Shown here: piece by piece, positions 10,728-23,557 of the stretch
Layout: each line of letters starts with the position of its first letter
Numbering within the stretch: the stretch's first letter is position 1
DNA from: Catajapyx aquilonaris
Lineage: Eukaryota
Assembly: GCA_000934665.2 (NCBI GenBank)
Contig: JYFJ02003645.1
Span: forward strand, 1 to 39,242
Length of the DNA: 39,242 nt
Direction of reading: 5' to 3'
The notes under the pieces: generated by a model
The model's database searches: none
Seen by the model: the letters and a program-made list of their open reading frames with translations, nothing else
What the model was told of the DNA's origin: nothing
Program-made: the position numbers and the translations under genes

Positions 10728-13700
10728 ACTGTTTCATGAAATTAAATTGTACTTGCATCAACGATTTATTGAGTCCCGTCATGTAATGGAAGAAGCCGAA
10801 GTGTGAAGAAAAGGAGCCGAGCACTTTTGCCTCAGACCGATATTGTTGTGGGGAGGTTGGGGTGGGCCATATTCTATCCCTCAGAACCCCCATCCCCTTC
10901 ATCCCAATGGGGCATGGAGTGTGTGATGCGGTGAGCCGAGAGTGATGGATGCTGCAAAATCCATTCGGCGGTCCAGCCGCTCGGCTGATCCGGACACTGC
11001 CTGGAACCCCCCAGCTTCGACTGACCGGACATGACTTACAATCGCCACCAGCAGACCCATTCAGATAGTACTTGAGCGGACTTGCACCGCCGGCATGCGG
11101 ATGGATATACTACATCACTTTGCTCTCACAGCCGACAACAATCGCTCCAGGCCAAGAAAACCACTTTTGAAGCAAGAGTTTGCAGTTGCCCTTAGGTGAA
11201 GAAGCAACTTGCCACGTGCCTGACTTTTGAACAGAAATGTGTTTCTTTAGGCTGGTTTTGAGCCTTCTGCAGTTGTGACACACCGTGTAGTTTCAACTAA
11301 AAAACACGGGGCTGGAAAGGGGCACAATAGAGCAACTCGAAACCGTTTTCATGTTTGCTGATTACACACAGAAACACTAGACGAGCCAAAGGGAAGCGTA
11401 TCACTCGGGCTTGATTCGCCCGGACTGACTCTGAAACATTGCAGACCAGATATGGTACAGCAGCTGTGTATTATGCATTCCACTTGGAAACACACCCCTC
11501 ATTTTTTTGCAGTCCAGTTGACGAGCGCTTAGGGACATTTTTGTGCGCAAAGTAACGACACTGAAAATGAAGCGAGAGTAGATATGCTACATAATTTCAC
11601 CGTCCCCTTGTGGTCCACTTTGGGGTTTTGGCTGGCAGGATGCGAGAGCTAACTTGCACCCAGTCCCAGGCCAGGGTGATGAATGGGCTTCCCTTTTTTT
11701 GCCAGATCAATTCCCAAGGCGAGATTTGACTGCCAGAGTCTCTGTGTGTCCATGATGCCATAGCTACCTAACACACTTTCAGATTGCTGAAACTTGCCAC
11801 ACTTATGTGATTGAATGAAAAGTCCGAAATCTGCACTTTTTTGGGGTCTAAACAGTAAAAATCCCTGGGAGTGCGCCATCTATGTGACGGTTATGGTACT
11901 ACCTGCAGGTTGTTTTCCATCTGCTGAAAATCAGAGAGCCTGTTAGTGTGGTATCGATTTCTCGTAAAACCCGTTTGAGTTCAGCAGAGGCTTTTCCCTA
12001 CCACTCTTTCTTGCTTCAATCAACGGGAAGGTATTATAGGCACAACAAGAGCACTCGTCACGAATTCGTGTCTTTTCATCATAACTCAGCATTTAGGAGG
12101 GGGCCAGGCTAGTAGCAGGCGGAGTTGGGGAAGGGTGGGCTTGAGAGCAAACTTGCAGAAATTTTCTTGGAAGCAATCCAGGTTGGCAAACCTTTCGGGG
12201 GGGGGGGGGGGGGNAAAACGTTCCTCCGATTGCAGTCGCAGCAGGAAAAGGGCTCCTTTACCTTCTCTTCTTTTTTTCTCTCTCTTTCTCTCTTGGAGGA
12301 TATTGGCTCTGCTCGGCCTTTGCATCTGATAGAGACTATTGCGATAGTTGCCAGGGCGGGAGCACATTTTATTATTGCCGCCACCTGTTGCGACAGGGGC
12401 TAAAATGGTGGGGGGCAGCCAGAATTTATGTTGGAAATGAAATTGCCAGTTTTGTGGAGGAGACTAATGTGATTCAGCGTCGATGCTTATTCATGTCAGT
12501 ATTTCTGTGTTTGATACTAAATCACTAGCCGTTATATTTTTAAGTAAATAAAATTTTGATTATTTTGCTACTGACACGATCATTATTTTTTTGTAATTAA
12601 ATATGTCGCTTTTCAAAAAAAATGATCAGCACCCGTCATATTACTCCACTTGGATTCTCCCGCATGTCAAAATTACAATTCAGCGTTGCAAATAGTCTGC
12701 TCTAATTTCCACTACTTTGCAAGTCTGGCCTCTGCACTGCCTAACAAACAAAAAAACAGTATGCAAACCACTCCACGACATTATGCATACCGACAGCCTA
12801 AAATACATTCGCAGGTTGAGAAAAGGTCTCTCTGGTACTTTATCAAGGCCATTTGGCTAATGAATGCAGACGGGGATAATTACTCTGGTCATTAAAGCGA
12901 TGGGCATGCTGGGTTGGAAGCCTGTGCAATCTCTTCCTTATCGTAAGACCTCCCTCATCATATCCTTGCTTGTTGTCGCAATGGCAGCCAAAAAAGAGAG
13001 GTTGATTCACGTGATCTAGATGCAACCAATATCTGAACTTGTGCTGAAAGATCCTTCTCCTATAACCGTCAAAATAATGGCAAGTGTGCCAGCGAACAAC
13101 CAAAATTGGATTCGAACTCTTGCTCTTCTGTGTCTTCTGGTTTCTTCAAAAAAAAGAGAAGAGGAGATGGCCTTTTGGGACACAAAATGGACCGGACATT
13201 GTTGGAGGTGACGGGTCGGAAAGATTGGCTTCTCCGGAGCGGAATTTATACGACCCTGTAAAGTCTCATCGGGTTAAGGTGATGCCACTGGACCTCTGCC
13301 ATCAATATTGTCATGATGTCCTCGTCCATGTTCGTTAAAATCTCCCACAATTTCCAAAATATACCAGATGAATTCGAAATAATATCTGGGAGTTGAGCAA
13401 ATAATATAAACCAAATGGAAGGGTGTAAATAAAAGTGCGCCATTATTGAAATGAGGCGTTAAAATAGTGTCCCTTTTTATAGAGTGGCTCTAAACGCTTA
13501 ATATTGCGGAGGACACTTTTAATTACTATTGTCAATCAGCCAGAGAGCGGCCACCTTGCAGTGTATAGTGCGCACTATACGAAGCAATCATTTTTGGGCC
13601 AGCCGGACCATATTAAAAATGCTGGGAAAAAGAGCCCGCATTGAAAAGCGTAACCATGCAATATGGTGACAAATTAACGTGTACAGGATGTTTAGAAAGG

Positions 13701-14552
13701 TCCTTATGAACGTATCCATTTTGTATAGTTAATTTTTGGAAATTTTTGAACTGTGGCATTATATTCAGGGTATGGATTAGGTCTAAAATTAGATAACAAG
13801 TAACTTTATGGTAACAGTACGCTTATATTACCGTCGCACACTATGAGTACTGTGCAAAAATAATTTGCCGCAATTACAATTTCAGTTTGCTCCATATCAA
13901 AACATTTTTGCGAGTAATTTTCCGCGTGAACATACGAACAATATTATCAGCGAGCTTTCTGGTTCAGAAATGATTAAATACATTTTAAGCAAACTCCTCT
14001 CGTCCCAAAAATGTAAGTCTTTCAAAAAACCTGCACGATATTAAACGTATAGGTATAGTGGCCGCAAAGGGGTGTCGCGATTTATTTGCCATATCCGACC
14101 ACATTGTTATAAACGGTCACGACTGCAGCACACGGCGGCGTAAAGTGTGGCGGATTCGACGTGAAACCCTTTCAATCGATATACATTTTTTTTCACCCTC
14201 CACGTTATTTTTCAACCTCTCTTCTGAGTGGACCGCAGAACCATTTGGGGGGCCAAGCCTTTCCCAAAACTCTTGTGTATGTGTAAACTTTCCCTTCTTC
14301 TTCTTCTTCGTCTCCTTCTTTCCTTCGGAGGAATGGGAGCAAACAAGGCGTACCATCCATCCATCTTGTCATCCGGAGCGTTTTCCCTGATAATGGCCGA
14401 GAAAAATCCGGGCTTCTCTTGCCCCAAAGGCTGATTCGATCAAGCACTACACTTTTTCCCCCTTGTAAGATGGAAGCTGACAGGGCGAGATTTCTTGATG
14501 GGATGGACCCCCCAGCCCGTCACTGACCTGCTGTATGTGTAGCTTTACTTAC

Positions 14553-14770
14553 GGTGTCGGACAGAAAATTGTCAATCCTTCGTGGAGGTCTGGAAAATTG
14601 GACTGGAGGAAGGATTGAGTCCAGGAGAAGTCCATGAATTTTGGCAGGCTTCGAAAAGGGACGTTTGGGACTTTCTTCCCCATTCCGGAGTTAAAGGCGA
14701 CTGAGTTCATTTCGAGTCCGGAGACTCGGATTCGAGGGAGACGTGACCGATCGTATAGGTTGGATGACAT
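14553..14770 (-). CDS. Possible coding exon of an unknown minus-strand gene (MSSNLYDRSRLPRIRVSGLE...TIFCPT)
   Basis: ATG in acaATG context, C-rich third codon positions, and the frame ends at a consensus GTAAGT donor (14552-14547). The frame stays open upstream to a possible acceptor at 14881-14880. No homology recognised and no partner exon found. Confidence 0.3.
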
Positions 14771-14973
14771 TGTGAGGGGTGAAAAATTACGTGCAATTTT
14801 TTTCTGGGACTGCTTGTAATGGACGAGAAGAAACGTCCGAGGTTCTGGGTTCGAGCTCAGATTTTCTTTTATGGAAACACTGGCAGGATACCCGTTCTTC
14901 TATACCTGGAATACCCCGACAAATCCCACATTTCGATTTAATCTGAGTATATAATATTACTATACTATCAGAT

Positions 14974-15095
14974 GTCTGCCATATTGGATCTGCCATTTTG
15001 AACAGCAGATTTGAATTTGTCGGCCACGAAAACTCCAGAATCGTGCATTTTGTTAAGAGTGTGTAATTTTCTGCCATTTGGCCGCCTTTTTTCAA
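14974..15095. mobile_element. Remnant of a non-autonomous DNA transposon with GCCATATTGGATCYGCCATTTTG motifs
   Basis: gtctgccatattggatctgccattttgaa and ctgccatttggccgcctttttt resemble repeated subterminal motifs I recall from arthropod DNA-transposon derivatives. Termini not identified. Confidence 0.4.
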
Positions 15096-16375
15096 TTTGG
15101 TACTACTGTGCGCCGTTGCTAGTTGGGTGGTAGGTGGTAGGTTGGAGGGAACTGTGACAAACTGATAAACGTTGCCTTATTTACACACACACACGACGCC
15201 TCATCCTAGATTTCAAAATGTAAGTTATATTATTATTTCGAGTTCATGATTTGTCCCGTCTTGGGGAGACGGGAATTCGTGGCCTGTTCCGCCTTGAGGA
15301 GACTGGACGTTATATAAAATTGCTGATATTATTTCGGAATTCGAATAATTCTCATAGCTTTTTTTTTATAAATATTATGAGTGTAGATAAGGCCGGGAAA
15401 ATTATGTCAGGGGAAGTCGTCATAAATTTTTGTCTCCAAGACGGACAGGTTTGTCGCATTTTTTGGTTGATTACTTCTTCGTATATATGTCCTAAATTTC
15501 ATCTCACGAGCGTATAAGCTGATGGCAACATGGCTAGTTAGGTGAATTTGTAGCGAGTAATCCTCGGAGCAATTAACCTGTCTAGTCCACTTCGGGGAGA
15601 CGGGGGGGAAACGGGCATGAAACGTACGAGCCCTGACTGATGTGCTATATATTCTGTGCAAACTACACACTGAAGGCCTCCCTTTCTCTTTGCAAACTAG
15701 CCGTGCGTTGCCTTCTACATCTGGCATATGTGCACACTGCACATATCGATCAGTTGGGGGGGAAATGTTCCACATTTTTCCTAGATATAGTTTCCATTTA
15801 TTATTAATACAGCCCCTAGATCAAACTTCAAGTGCATTAGTATTAAAACAATGTACGGTCTACTGCTGCACTATACGAAAATTGATGTTTTCTTCTTAGT
15901 CTGGAGCCAGAAAATGTCATTAGATCTGCAAAAATTGGCGAAATTTTTTACTGAGGAACATACTATTTTTCGCCGCTTCTGAGCGCAAATATTTCGCTGA
16001 TATATAAAACCGATGCACAAGCAAATACCAGCCTCTCAGTATTCCATCCGAACTTGCTATTAATTGATGAAATTTTGCGTGCGAAGACCCACTGCAAAAT
16101 TCACCAGAACCGTCAGGGGATTGGTGGGTAAAGGGTATTAAAGTTTCCAATGCGTTTTGCAGCGCGGATGAAGTATTCACCAGCTGAAAAAGTTTTTTTG
16201 GCAGCGTTTTCGCAATACTTCCGGGTTATAATGCATATTTTTTTCCCCCTGTAAAAGCAAAAATGTAGCGCTGGAAAGAAAATTTTGTGCCAAAAATACT
16301 GCAGCATTACATAATTTACTGAGTGGCAGGATGCGCCATGAGTTGTCTAAGCCGGAAGTCTGACGACGGGATTTT

Positions 16376-16567
16376 AAATAAATAAATAAATACTAAACAG
16401 ACAAATAAATAAAATAACAAATAAGTAAACAAATAAATTACAAATAAGTTGACAAATTACAAATAAGTAAACAAATACGTAAATAAATTACAAATAAGTA
16501 AACAAATACGTAAACAAATAAATTACAAATAAATATATATTGAAAATAAATACCGTACAAATAAATA
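16376..16567 (+). repeat. A-rich compound microsatellite (AAAT/AAAC, with acaaataagtaa subunits)
   Basis: taaataaataaataaatactaaacagacaaataaat...acaaataagtaaacaaatacgtaaa, repeated. Confidence 0.9.
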
Positions 16568-17249
16568 TCTAATTTTTTATGACTAAAAATGTTTCTGGAT
16601 GTCACGGTCGCGTCAATCTTGCCCCCCCCCCCCCTTTTTTTTTACCTTCCGATTTTTCGTCCTGTCTGTCCAATATTTTGCGGGGCAGGTGTGCTATCCT
16701 CAAAGGCTGAACGTGATGCTTGGCATTTGCCACACAAATACTGCCAGAATTTTTCATTCCGTGCCATCCAAGCCAGGCTCGGAATGAGAAGTTGCTGACG
16801 AGACCCTGCAGCCTTTTCGCCAATATTGTGTCTCCTCCCCGGGTTTTCCTTTCTCCGTTGCCTGTCGTAGGAAACAAAGCCCAACCATATTTTGCTAGTA
16901 TGAAGGGGGTTTGGGGTGGGTGGCAATAACTGGTGTGGAAACCATCCCAGGGTGTGCTGAGACAGCTGTCATCTTCCTTGCCAACCGCCGATGGCTTCTG
17001 GATCCATATAACGCTACAAAGTTCACCCAACCCCTACCCACCCACTCTGACAGGGCGGCTACTACTACTACCTTTAGAGAAGAAAAGTTCTTTGCCTGTC
17101 TTGCTGTGCGACACTCTTATCTTTTCTTGGGAGGGAGAGTGACTTACGGCCTGGGGACTCATTCGTTTCATCTACAAGTCATTTGGTCCCTGCCAAGCCC
17201 AAACCCACGTACCTTCTCTTTGATACCGTCACTTTTTGAGCTAATCGAT

Positions 17250-17661
17250 ACCTTATCGCGGGGCGGTAGGTAGACCCAATTTCATGGCTTCATCTGGTAG
17301 CTGCCTGTTTCACACACTAAGGCAGGTTGACTCAAAAAGTTAAGAGAAAAAAAACAAGATTGGCGTGATTCGAGTAGACTTTTGCCAAGGAAATTCAAAT
17401 TGGACAACAGCTATATAGAATGTTGTCAGTCTCATTTCGGGTTTTCATAGACATCCGCCTGTATAGGCTTGACCTCGGCGGATATAGTGGACCCGGAAAA
17501 CCCGAAGTTGACCATGGAACCTATTTAGGATCCGCTGAATCCGAATCCGAAAACCGCTTGTCGTCATCTCTTGCGGTTTAGGCCCTGATGCCTGTCCACG
17601 GACAGACGGACGGACAGAGCCGTTCTATATAAGACCTTGATTGATGAGAAAAGGTCTAAAA
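17250..17661 (-). mobile_element. DINE-1/HINE-like non-autonomous Helentron (Helitron group) derivative
   Basis: On the minus strand: T-run, stem-loop AGACCTT..AAGGTCT (17657-17632), then a GTCC/GTCT microsatellite (17617-17598). The far end has a subterminal repeat tagaccc (17271) and an imperfect hairpin (17250-17271). This order matches DINE-1/HINE architecture. Confidence 0.6.
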
Positions 17662-19671
17662 TCCGACGTCTTGTTGATATTTTTGTGAGAAATGGGTGGC
17701 AACTGGTAGCACTGTTGATTAATTGATACTGCGGCTGTATCGTCGGAAAACTCTAGTTCGTATGATGACACAGCACTTGTTCCGTGAAGCTGCAGCAATG
17801 TGTCTTCTGCAAGCTAAAGTAACGGCTATTAAGCTATTTCTCATAGTATCAACAGGATATATCCGCCTTGACCCGAATTTATACATTGGTGTTGCCGAAT
17901 TTTCCAACCAATGATGAGAGAGGTGCAACTTTTTATGTCGTGTTTGTCTGTCGGAACGGATAACTGCTGCCGATAACATCAATTGACACCGCCCAAATAT
18001 TTGCAAGTAAACATTTATTGTGCTGTGTCCCCGGCTGGAAATGACACCCTTGGAGGCAATATGTGTTATCTGTTATTGGCTTTTTGTTTCCGCATCATGT
18101 GATATCAGTTTGAACCTTGTTGTGTATGCAGCTCGTCCCGATTGAGGTGTCCATTTTTTGCACTAAACGCTCGCAATAAAATTCAGCATGGAAACTATTA
18201 AAAGCGGACTTTTCTTCGTATGTTACGCTTTATATGACTGACTTGGCAGGTAAGGTTGTTAAGTATAAAAAAGGCGATGGCGACTGATTCATGTCCTTTA
18301 ATCGCGCAAAAGCTAAGCAATTATCCGGAAACCAATTTTCTGTCAGTAAAAAAAGAGGTTCTCTAAATGAAATTCTCGCCCCGGTAGCAACGTTGAACGG
18401 TGTATCGGCAGCTTGGAATTTTTTTTAAACCCCCCCATCAGACTCTTTCCCAGCCCGTTGGCAGCAGTGTTAGAAGCCCGTCAGAATTCGATTGGTACAA
18501 ATTCATTGCGGACTGGTAGCTCGTCATCAGAGAGGATCAAAGGGACTACGGAGCTCACAGGGATCGCACAGCAGTCGTGCGTCTCCAACCGATATATCTA
18601 TACAGGACACAAAATGTCGTTGACACTTTAAGAGATCGTTTCGAATCATGTCAGTTGCATTAGTTAAAAAAAAAATCCAACATCGAAATGAAAGTTCGAA
18701 ACCACACAGCACTTGATCATGTGGCTTCATGTTGCGTACAATGGCTCCGAGTTACGTACATTCGGTTGCGTAAGTCTGTCATTTTTTTAAAAAAAGGTGT
18801 TTGAACCAATGCAATTTGTACTTCTGCACCGCCTGTCAGGGTTTTTTCACGGGACAAAAAAATACGCTTTTGAAACCTCCCCGCATATCGATCAGACCTG
18901 ACGCTTCTCATCTACAAAAAAAAAAGGGTCCGGAGAGAATGGGATGCTGTGTGTAGAGAGAGAGAGCGTTGAATCTGAACCACCCGTTGTTTAGTCCAAT
19001 GTTAGCAAAGTTGCACGTCCTGCCCATCCATTGTAAATGCGCCCACCTGGGTTGACCGCCATCACTGTTGCAACACACTGCGACGCCTGCGTTGATTCAT
19101 CATTTAACAAGGGATTTTTTTTTTTGGTGCTGTTGCTCTACCTCGTTTGTCGCGCTTTAGACCTATCCCTAGACTGCAGGGTTTTCCACAACGATTTACT
19201 GTCGTCCCATACGCTCAGCGAGATACACGAGTTGGGTACCAGCATTACACGCCTCCAGACCTGAAACCTAGTCGCACCGGACCATTATTTACACGGATGC
19301 TGCGGCCATGTCCGTTGGTCGCAGCTAAAATCTGTACCATGCATGTTATGTACGTAATACCTTTCAAAAAAATATGAAAATTTCAATATCATTGGTACTA
19401 ACTTTCCGGATGAAAGCCTGTTGGTTAGTTGAAGGGGGTAAAAAAAAAAGACGGTAAAGTCATCCCATCCTGTTGCGGCCTCCCAGTGGAGTCCCCCCAC
19501 GTCCCCCGGCTCCTACGTTAAGCATTCCGGGCCTACTTTGCGGTGAGGGGCCCCTGGGAAATTTCCCCACTGAAAGGCAGCCGTGGGAGACTGTAGACTC
19601 CAGGAAAAAGAGACACGTCGGCCTCACCAGTTATCTGCTGCTTAAATGGACGCACGTACCACATCTGGCCC

Positions 19672-19730
19672 ATAGATGGCTCTCATCCTCCCTCTCTGTA
19701 CACTGCTGCCCACTCATGGTCGTGCGGGAG
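19672..19730 (+). repeat. Further copy of the AGATGGC dispersed repeat
   Basis: agatggctctcatcctccctctctgtacactgctgcccactcatggtcgtgcg aligns with 4880-4925 and 4785-4818. Confidence 0.55.
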
Positions 19731-19816
19731 GTAGTGGTACTACACGCACCCTGGACAAACAGAGGCACACACTCTTGCCAATTCTATATAATTATGATAT
19801 GTGCTGAAAATTGGCA

Positions 19817-20049
19817 CACTGATCTTCCGTCAGATATGAGAAGACCGTAACTCAATGTCCACTTCCCCTTGCGGCGAGAAAAAAAAGCAGTGGTACCAAA
19901 AGCACCCAACAGGTAGAGTTGGGATGCCGTTCCTTGTCCCCCCTTCCTCCAACGCCACCTCTTGGATGCATTCGGTAACACTTGCTTTCTTTTCTCGCCG
20001 CAAGGGAAGTGGATAATGAGTTACGGTCCTCTTACATCTGACGGCAGTG
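19817..20049. mobile_element. Foldback/MITE, nearly fully palindromic, with CACTG...CAGTG ends
   Basis: ccgtcagatatgagaagaccgtaactcaatgtccacttccccttgcggcgagaaaa pairs with ttttctcgccgcaagggaagtggataatgagttacggtcctcttacatctgacgg. The pairing continues inward for ~100 bp per arm. No clear TSD. Confidence 0.85.
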
Positions 20050-21456
20050 ATGGCTTACATACCGCTCGCTGATTGAGGGAAAATGCCGAAAACCGCACTT
20101 TTTTCAGTGTAAGTACCCATAATGTAGGATTTTATGACTTTGCTCACTATACAGCATGTGCAGGTTGTACAAACTTAATGCGAAGAACTAGTTGTTTAGC
20201 CAGTAGACAACCTTGGGGGCTGTATCTTCAGACCTTTTGTAGCCATTTTGATCACACATTTTGGCTCACATGAGTGCCCAGGTTCGTGCCCTTCATTATT
20301 GTTGTACCCCGTGAAGGAAGCAAGAGAGGAGAACCTATATAAAAGATGGATTGAAGTGTGACGCCCTGTCTTGTTGTCAGTTCTCACGTTGCTCGGACAT
20401 TAGTAACTCACGGTCGGGCACACCCAGGCAGCGAACTCGTCGCTCATGTCGCCAGATTACTTGTCATGCTCTGCAGGCTACGTGCCAGTCCACAGACTCG
20501 GAGACTGGCTCCTATAGAAAGAAAGAAAAAAAGACACGGATTTTTTCCCACCCTATTCCCCCCTCCTTACAAGAAGACACGGATGTCGCATCTCTAGTTA
20601 TCTATTCTGTTTCGTATAGAACCAGATAGTCCTAGAATCAATATTTAAGTGTCTGGAGAGATGGCTTCCTGCATTGGAAATTGGATGTGAATTTTTGGCC
20701 TTTTGACCTACAGAGGGGGGGGGGCGACCATGTTTGGAGGTCAGGGTTTTGGGCTGTCGATTTAATGGGTGAAGAGACATCGGATTAAGCCGGACCTGAG
20801 AGGCTTAGTCGTTCCCTAATTTCCCTGGGGATAGGAAAAAAGCTGGTGGCCATGCCAGGTATTTTCGGCCATGTTGCGCGTTTCAAAATCTCCCTCCCTC
20901 CCCATGTTGTTGCGGCGGCAAAAACAAGAATGTTTCGTGGGGGTCAACGTTGCAATTGGGACTAATCTTGCTCTGCGGAATTGGTTTCCAAACTTGCTTC
21001 TGCCAGGATTAGTGGCTGGGGGATGGGATGGTGGGTGGGTGGGGCACACTAATTTCTGTCCCACTGGAGGGAGCCTGCTTGTCCGCATAATCGTAATCAG
21101 GGGATTTCGATGCGTTCGCCTGATTCAATTGCCGACTTGGTAACTGCTCCAGTGAGCTATACTGCCAATTCTCTCGCCGACTATGCTTCAGCAATAAAAA
21201 AAAAATTAATGTTTCAATTGCGTACGTTTTGTACCGGGGAAAAAAAATTGCTCGCAAATCGGGCGTAATTCCATCTGCAAGTATGGAATGTGAAGAGCAG
21301 ATTTTCCAGCAGAGAAATTTTTGGGGATTTATCATTCGCGAGGATTTCCGGTAGGTGTCCTACAAACCTCTCACCTATATCAACCAAGTGCGCACCACAG
21401 TTTGCGCATCGTACAGGGTTGGCATTATCAATTGTTAAGCTTTGTATACTCTGTAA

Positions 21457-21688
21457 ACCGCGGGGCACAAAGCATCAAGAGAGCATCACCCACGAAATTT
21501 TTTTTAATGCTCTTGTGATGCTCTTTTAATGTTTTAGCTGCTAAAAACATTACAAGAGCATCACAAGAGCATTAACAATATTGACGTTCCATGCTCTTGT
21601 ACGTACTGCTTTTTGTTTCTAAGAAGTAAGAAGCAACGAAAACATTACAAGAGCATTACAATTTCATTAAAAATTGATGTTCCACGGG
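21457..21688. mobile_element. MITE-like element built from 11-bp CAAGAGCAT(C/T)A subrepeats with an internal hairpin
   Basis: ttaatgctcttgtgatgctcttttaatgttttagc-t-gctaaaaacattacaagagcatcacaagagcattaa (21504-21575) is a near-perfect hairpin. More subrepeats follow, ending in gttccacggg. The left boundary is uncertain. Confidence 0.6.
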
Positions 21689-22798
21689 AGACTCAGTAAT
21701 GATAGGCCTATACTCTGAATGGTTTGCGGTAGTGGGTGTACTGTGCTGCACTTATTTCCAACGCTACGCTTGGGTAAAATAAAAAATGGCAGACTTCTGC
21801 GACGTTGCCAAATCTTTGAAACTAACCTCATAGGCAACTGGTGTGAATTTGTCCCCTGCTGAGTAACTGCGGCAACGTTGTTGTCATAACAATGGAGCTG
21901 CGCGAGTGTGGGTGCGCACTCGGTTGCTCTCGTTAATTATTGTTATAACCAGCCCTTAATGCTTAATGTATATCTCTTTTGCTGCGTTCCAGACACGACC
22001 ATACACAGGTCTTCCTTCTAAAAAAAATTTGTCACAACGCATATATGACTCGTTGATTTCCCTGCGCAGTGTACGTCCCATGCGACGCTCGTTAGCATAC
22101 ATTGACATATGGAACCGTCAACCGCACGAGGGCATTACCGTAACAAGTCATGATTTGGAAAATCAGAGAGACTGTAGTGAACCAGTGTGTGATTAGGCCA
22201 GAGGTCGCTTCTCCCCCCCCCCCNCCCCCCCCCCCCACACCCAAAATGTCCCTCCCCTAAAAAAAAAATCAGGAACCATGACGTTGGTACACACTATTCA
22301 AGCGTGAAGTGTCCGACATACATTTCATGACGTCCATTCCGGACCGCTCTTTAGAACGTGCCGGTGCCGCACTGACCACTAATCGACGTGGGTGTAATTG
22401 GCACCAGGATCAGAATGGACCATCAAAATATGCGGGACTGGGAGAGGGGGAGATGGACCACTTTTTTTTCCCCGGGTTGTCGTTGTAACCGTCCAAAGCA
22501 CGTATAATGATGGTCGCACTCGGCGAGGGCAATCGGTGGGTCAGGAGGTCAGCTGGCTCATTGGCTCATTCGGGGGTTTGGCAGCCATGTTTGTTGGATC
22601 GTAAGGGTAGAAAAAAATAGTACTGAACGAGCAGTGATGATTGTAGCTCCGAAATCTTTATATGCGAATTTCCATGATACGGCCTGGTTTATGACGTGCG
22701 TGGCAGCTAGATTAGGATGAAGGTGATTTTTTTTGACGGACAGCAACGTTAAGTTTGAGCTACATATTTACCAATCACTGTTATTGGTGCAACAACTA

Positions 22799-23272
22799 CC
22801 GTCAAACGAGGTGAGATTGTGCCAAAATGTGAGGGTGTTTCAACTTTTCTGTCCGGAACAGTTACCGGAAAATTGAACGTAGCTGCTACTTTGTAAGCAG
22901 TGACTTGCAACCGGTGATTTGTCCGAGGAATGGGGAATGGGGAAAAAAAGAGGGTCACACATCTCATGGCATGTGTGACCCTCTGTGTGCCAGGCTTGAC
23001 CCTCAATTTTCAGCTGTCAGCACGTATGCCAGTTCAACCTATACGATTCGCAATGAATATTCCCCGTTCCTCCGAAAAAAATCACCGTTTGAAAGTCACT
23101 GCTTGCAAAGTAGCAGCTACGTGCAATTTTCCGATAACTGTTCTGACAAAAAAAGTTGAAACACCCTGCCTTAGAATAGAAAAATCATTTTCACACATGA
23201 ACTGAAATGTGCAGCAATGTTCTCGTAAGAAAAAACCTCAAAAATGTGGCACAATCTCACCCCGTCTGACGG
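22799..23272. mobile_element. pogo/Tc1-type MITE (family B) with TA target duplication, host of a nested element
   Basis: TA|ccgtcaaacgaggtgagattgtgcca ... tggcacaatctcaccccgtctgacgg|TA: 26-bp TIR with 2 mismatches. Same terminal motif as 36702-36982. Confidence 0.85.
22831..23168. mobile_element. Tc1/mariner-type MITE (family C copy 1) with ~100-bp TIRs, nested in family B
   Basis: agggtgtttcaactttt...gtagctgctactttgtaagcagtgacttgcaaccggtgattt is inverted relative to aaatcaccgtttgaaagtcactgcttgcaaagtagcagctac...aaaagttgaaacaccctg. A second copy starts at 38968. Confidence 0.9.
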
Positions 23273-23557
23273 TATACTAGCAGCAAAATTTTGGCACGCT
23301 ATATAGTACAGTGCGGATGAATTTTTGAATCGCATTTTTTTTGCGGGCCTGGATTAACTTAACTTCGCTACCGATTCCGACAATCCTCGAATTATGCAGA
23401 TATCTTATTGATTTATACTTCAATATCAGGGACCCCCGTATATAGTGGGAAAGGGGGGGAATAGGAATTTGCGATTGCAAATCCGTTGCCGATACAGGAA
23501 ATACCTGGTTATTTAAGGAGATAAGGGTCGTGTCAGTTGCAGTGTAGGACATTTTGG

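Noticed and set aside
11034..11110. Minus-strand mini-exon ending in GTAAGT (YIHPHAGGASPLKYYLNGSAGGD)
   Set aside because: Poor acceptor, and out of phase with the 14553 candidate exon (joining them gives a stop).
15244..15621. Possible TIR element (ttcatg...catgaa with ggggagacgg motifs)
   Set aside because: Inverted similarity is too short and degenerate to define an element.
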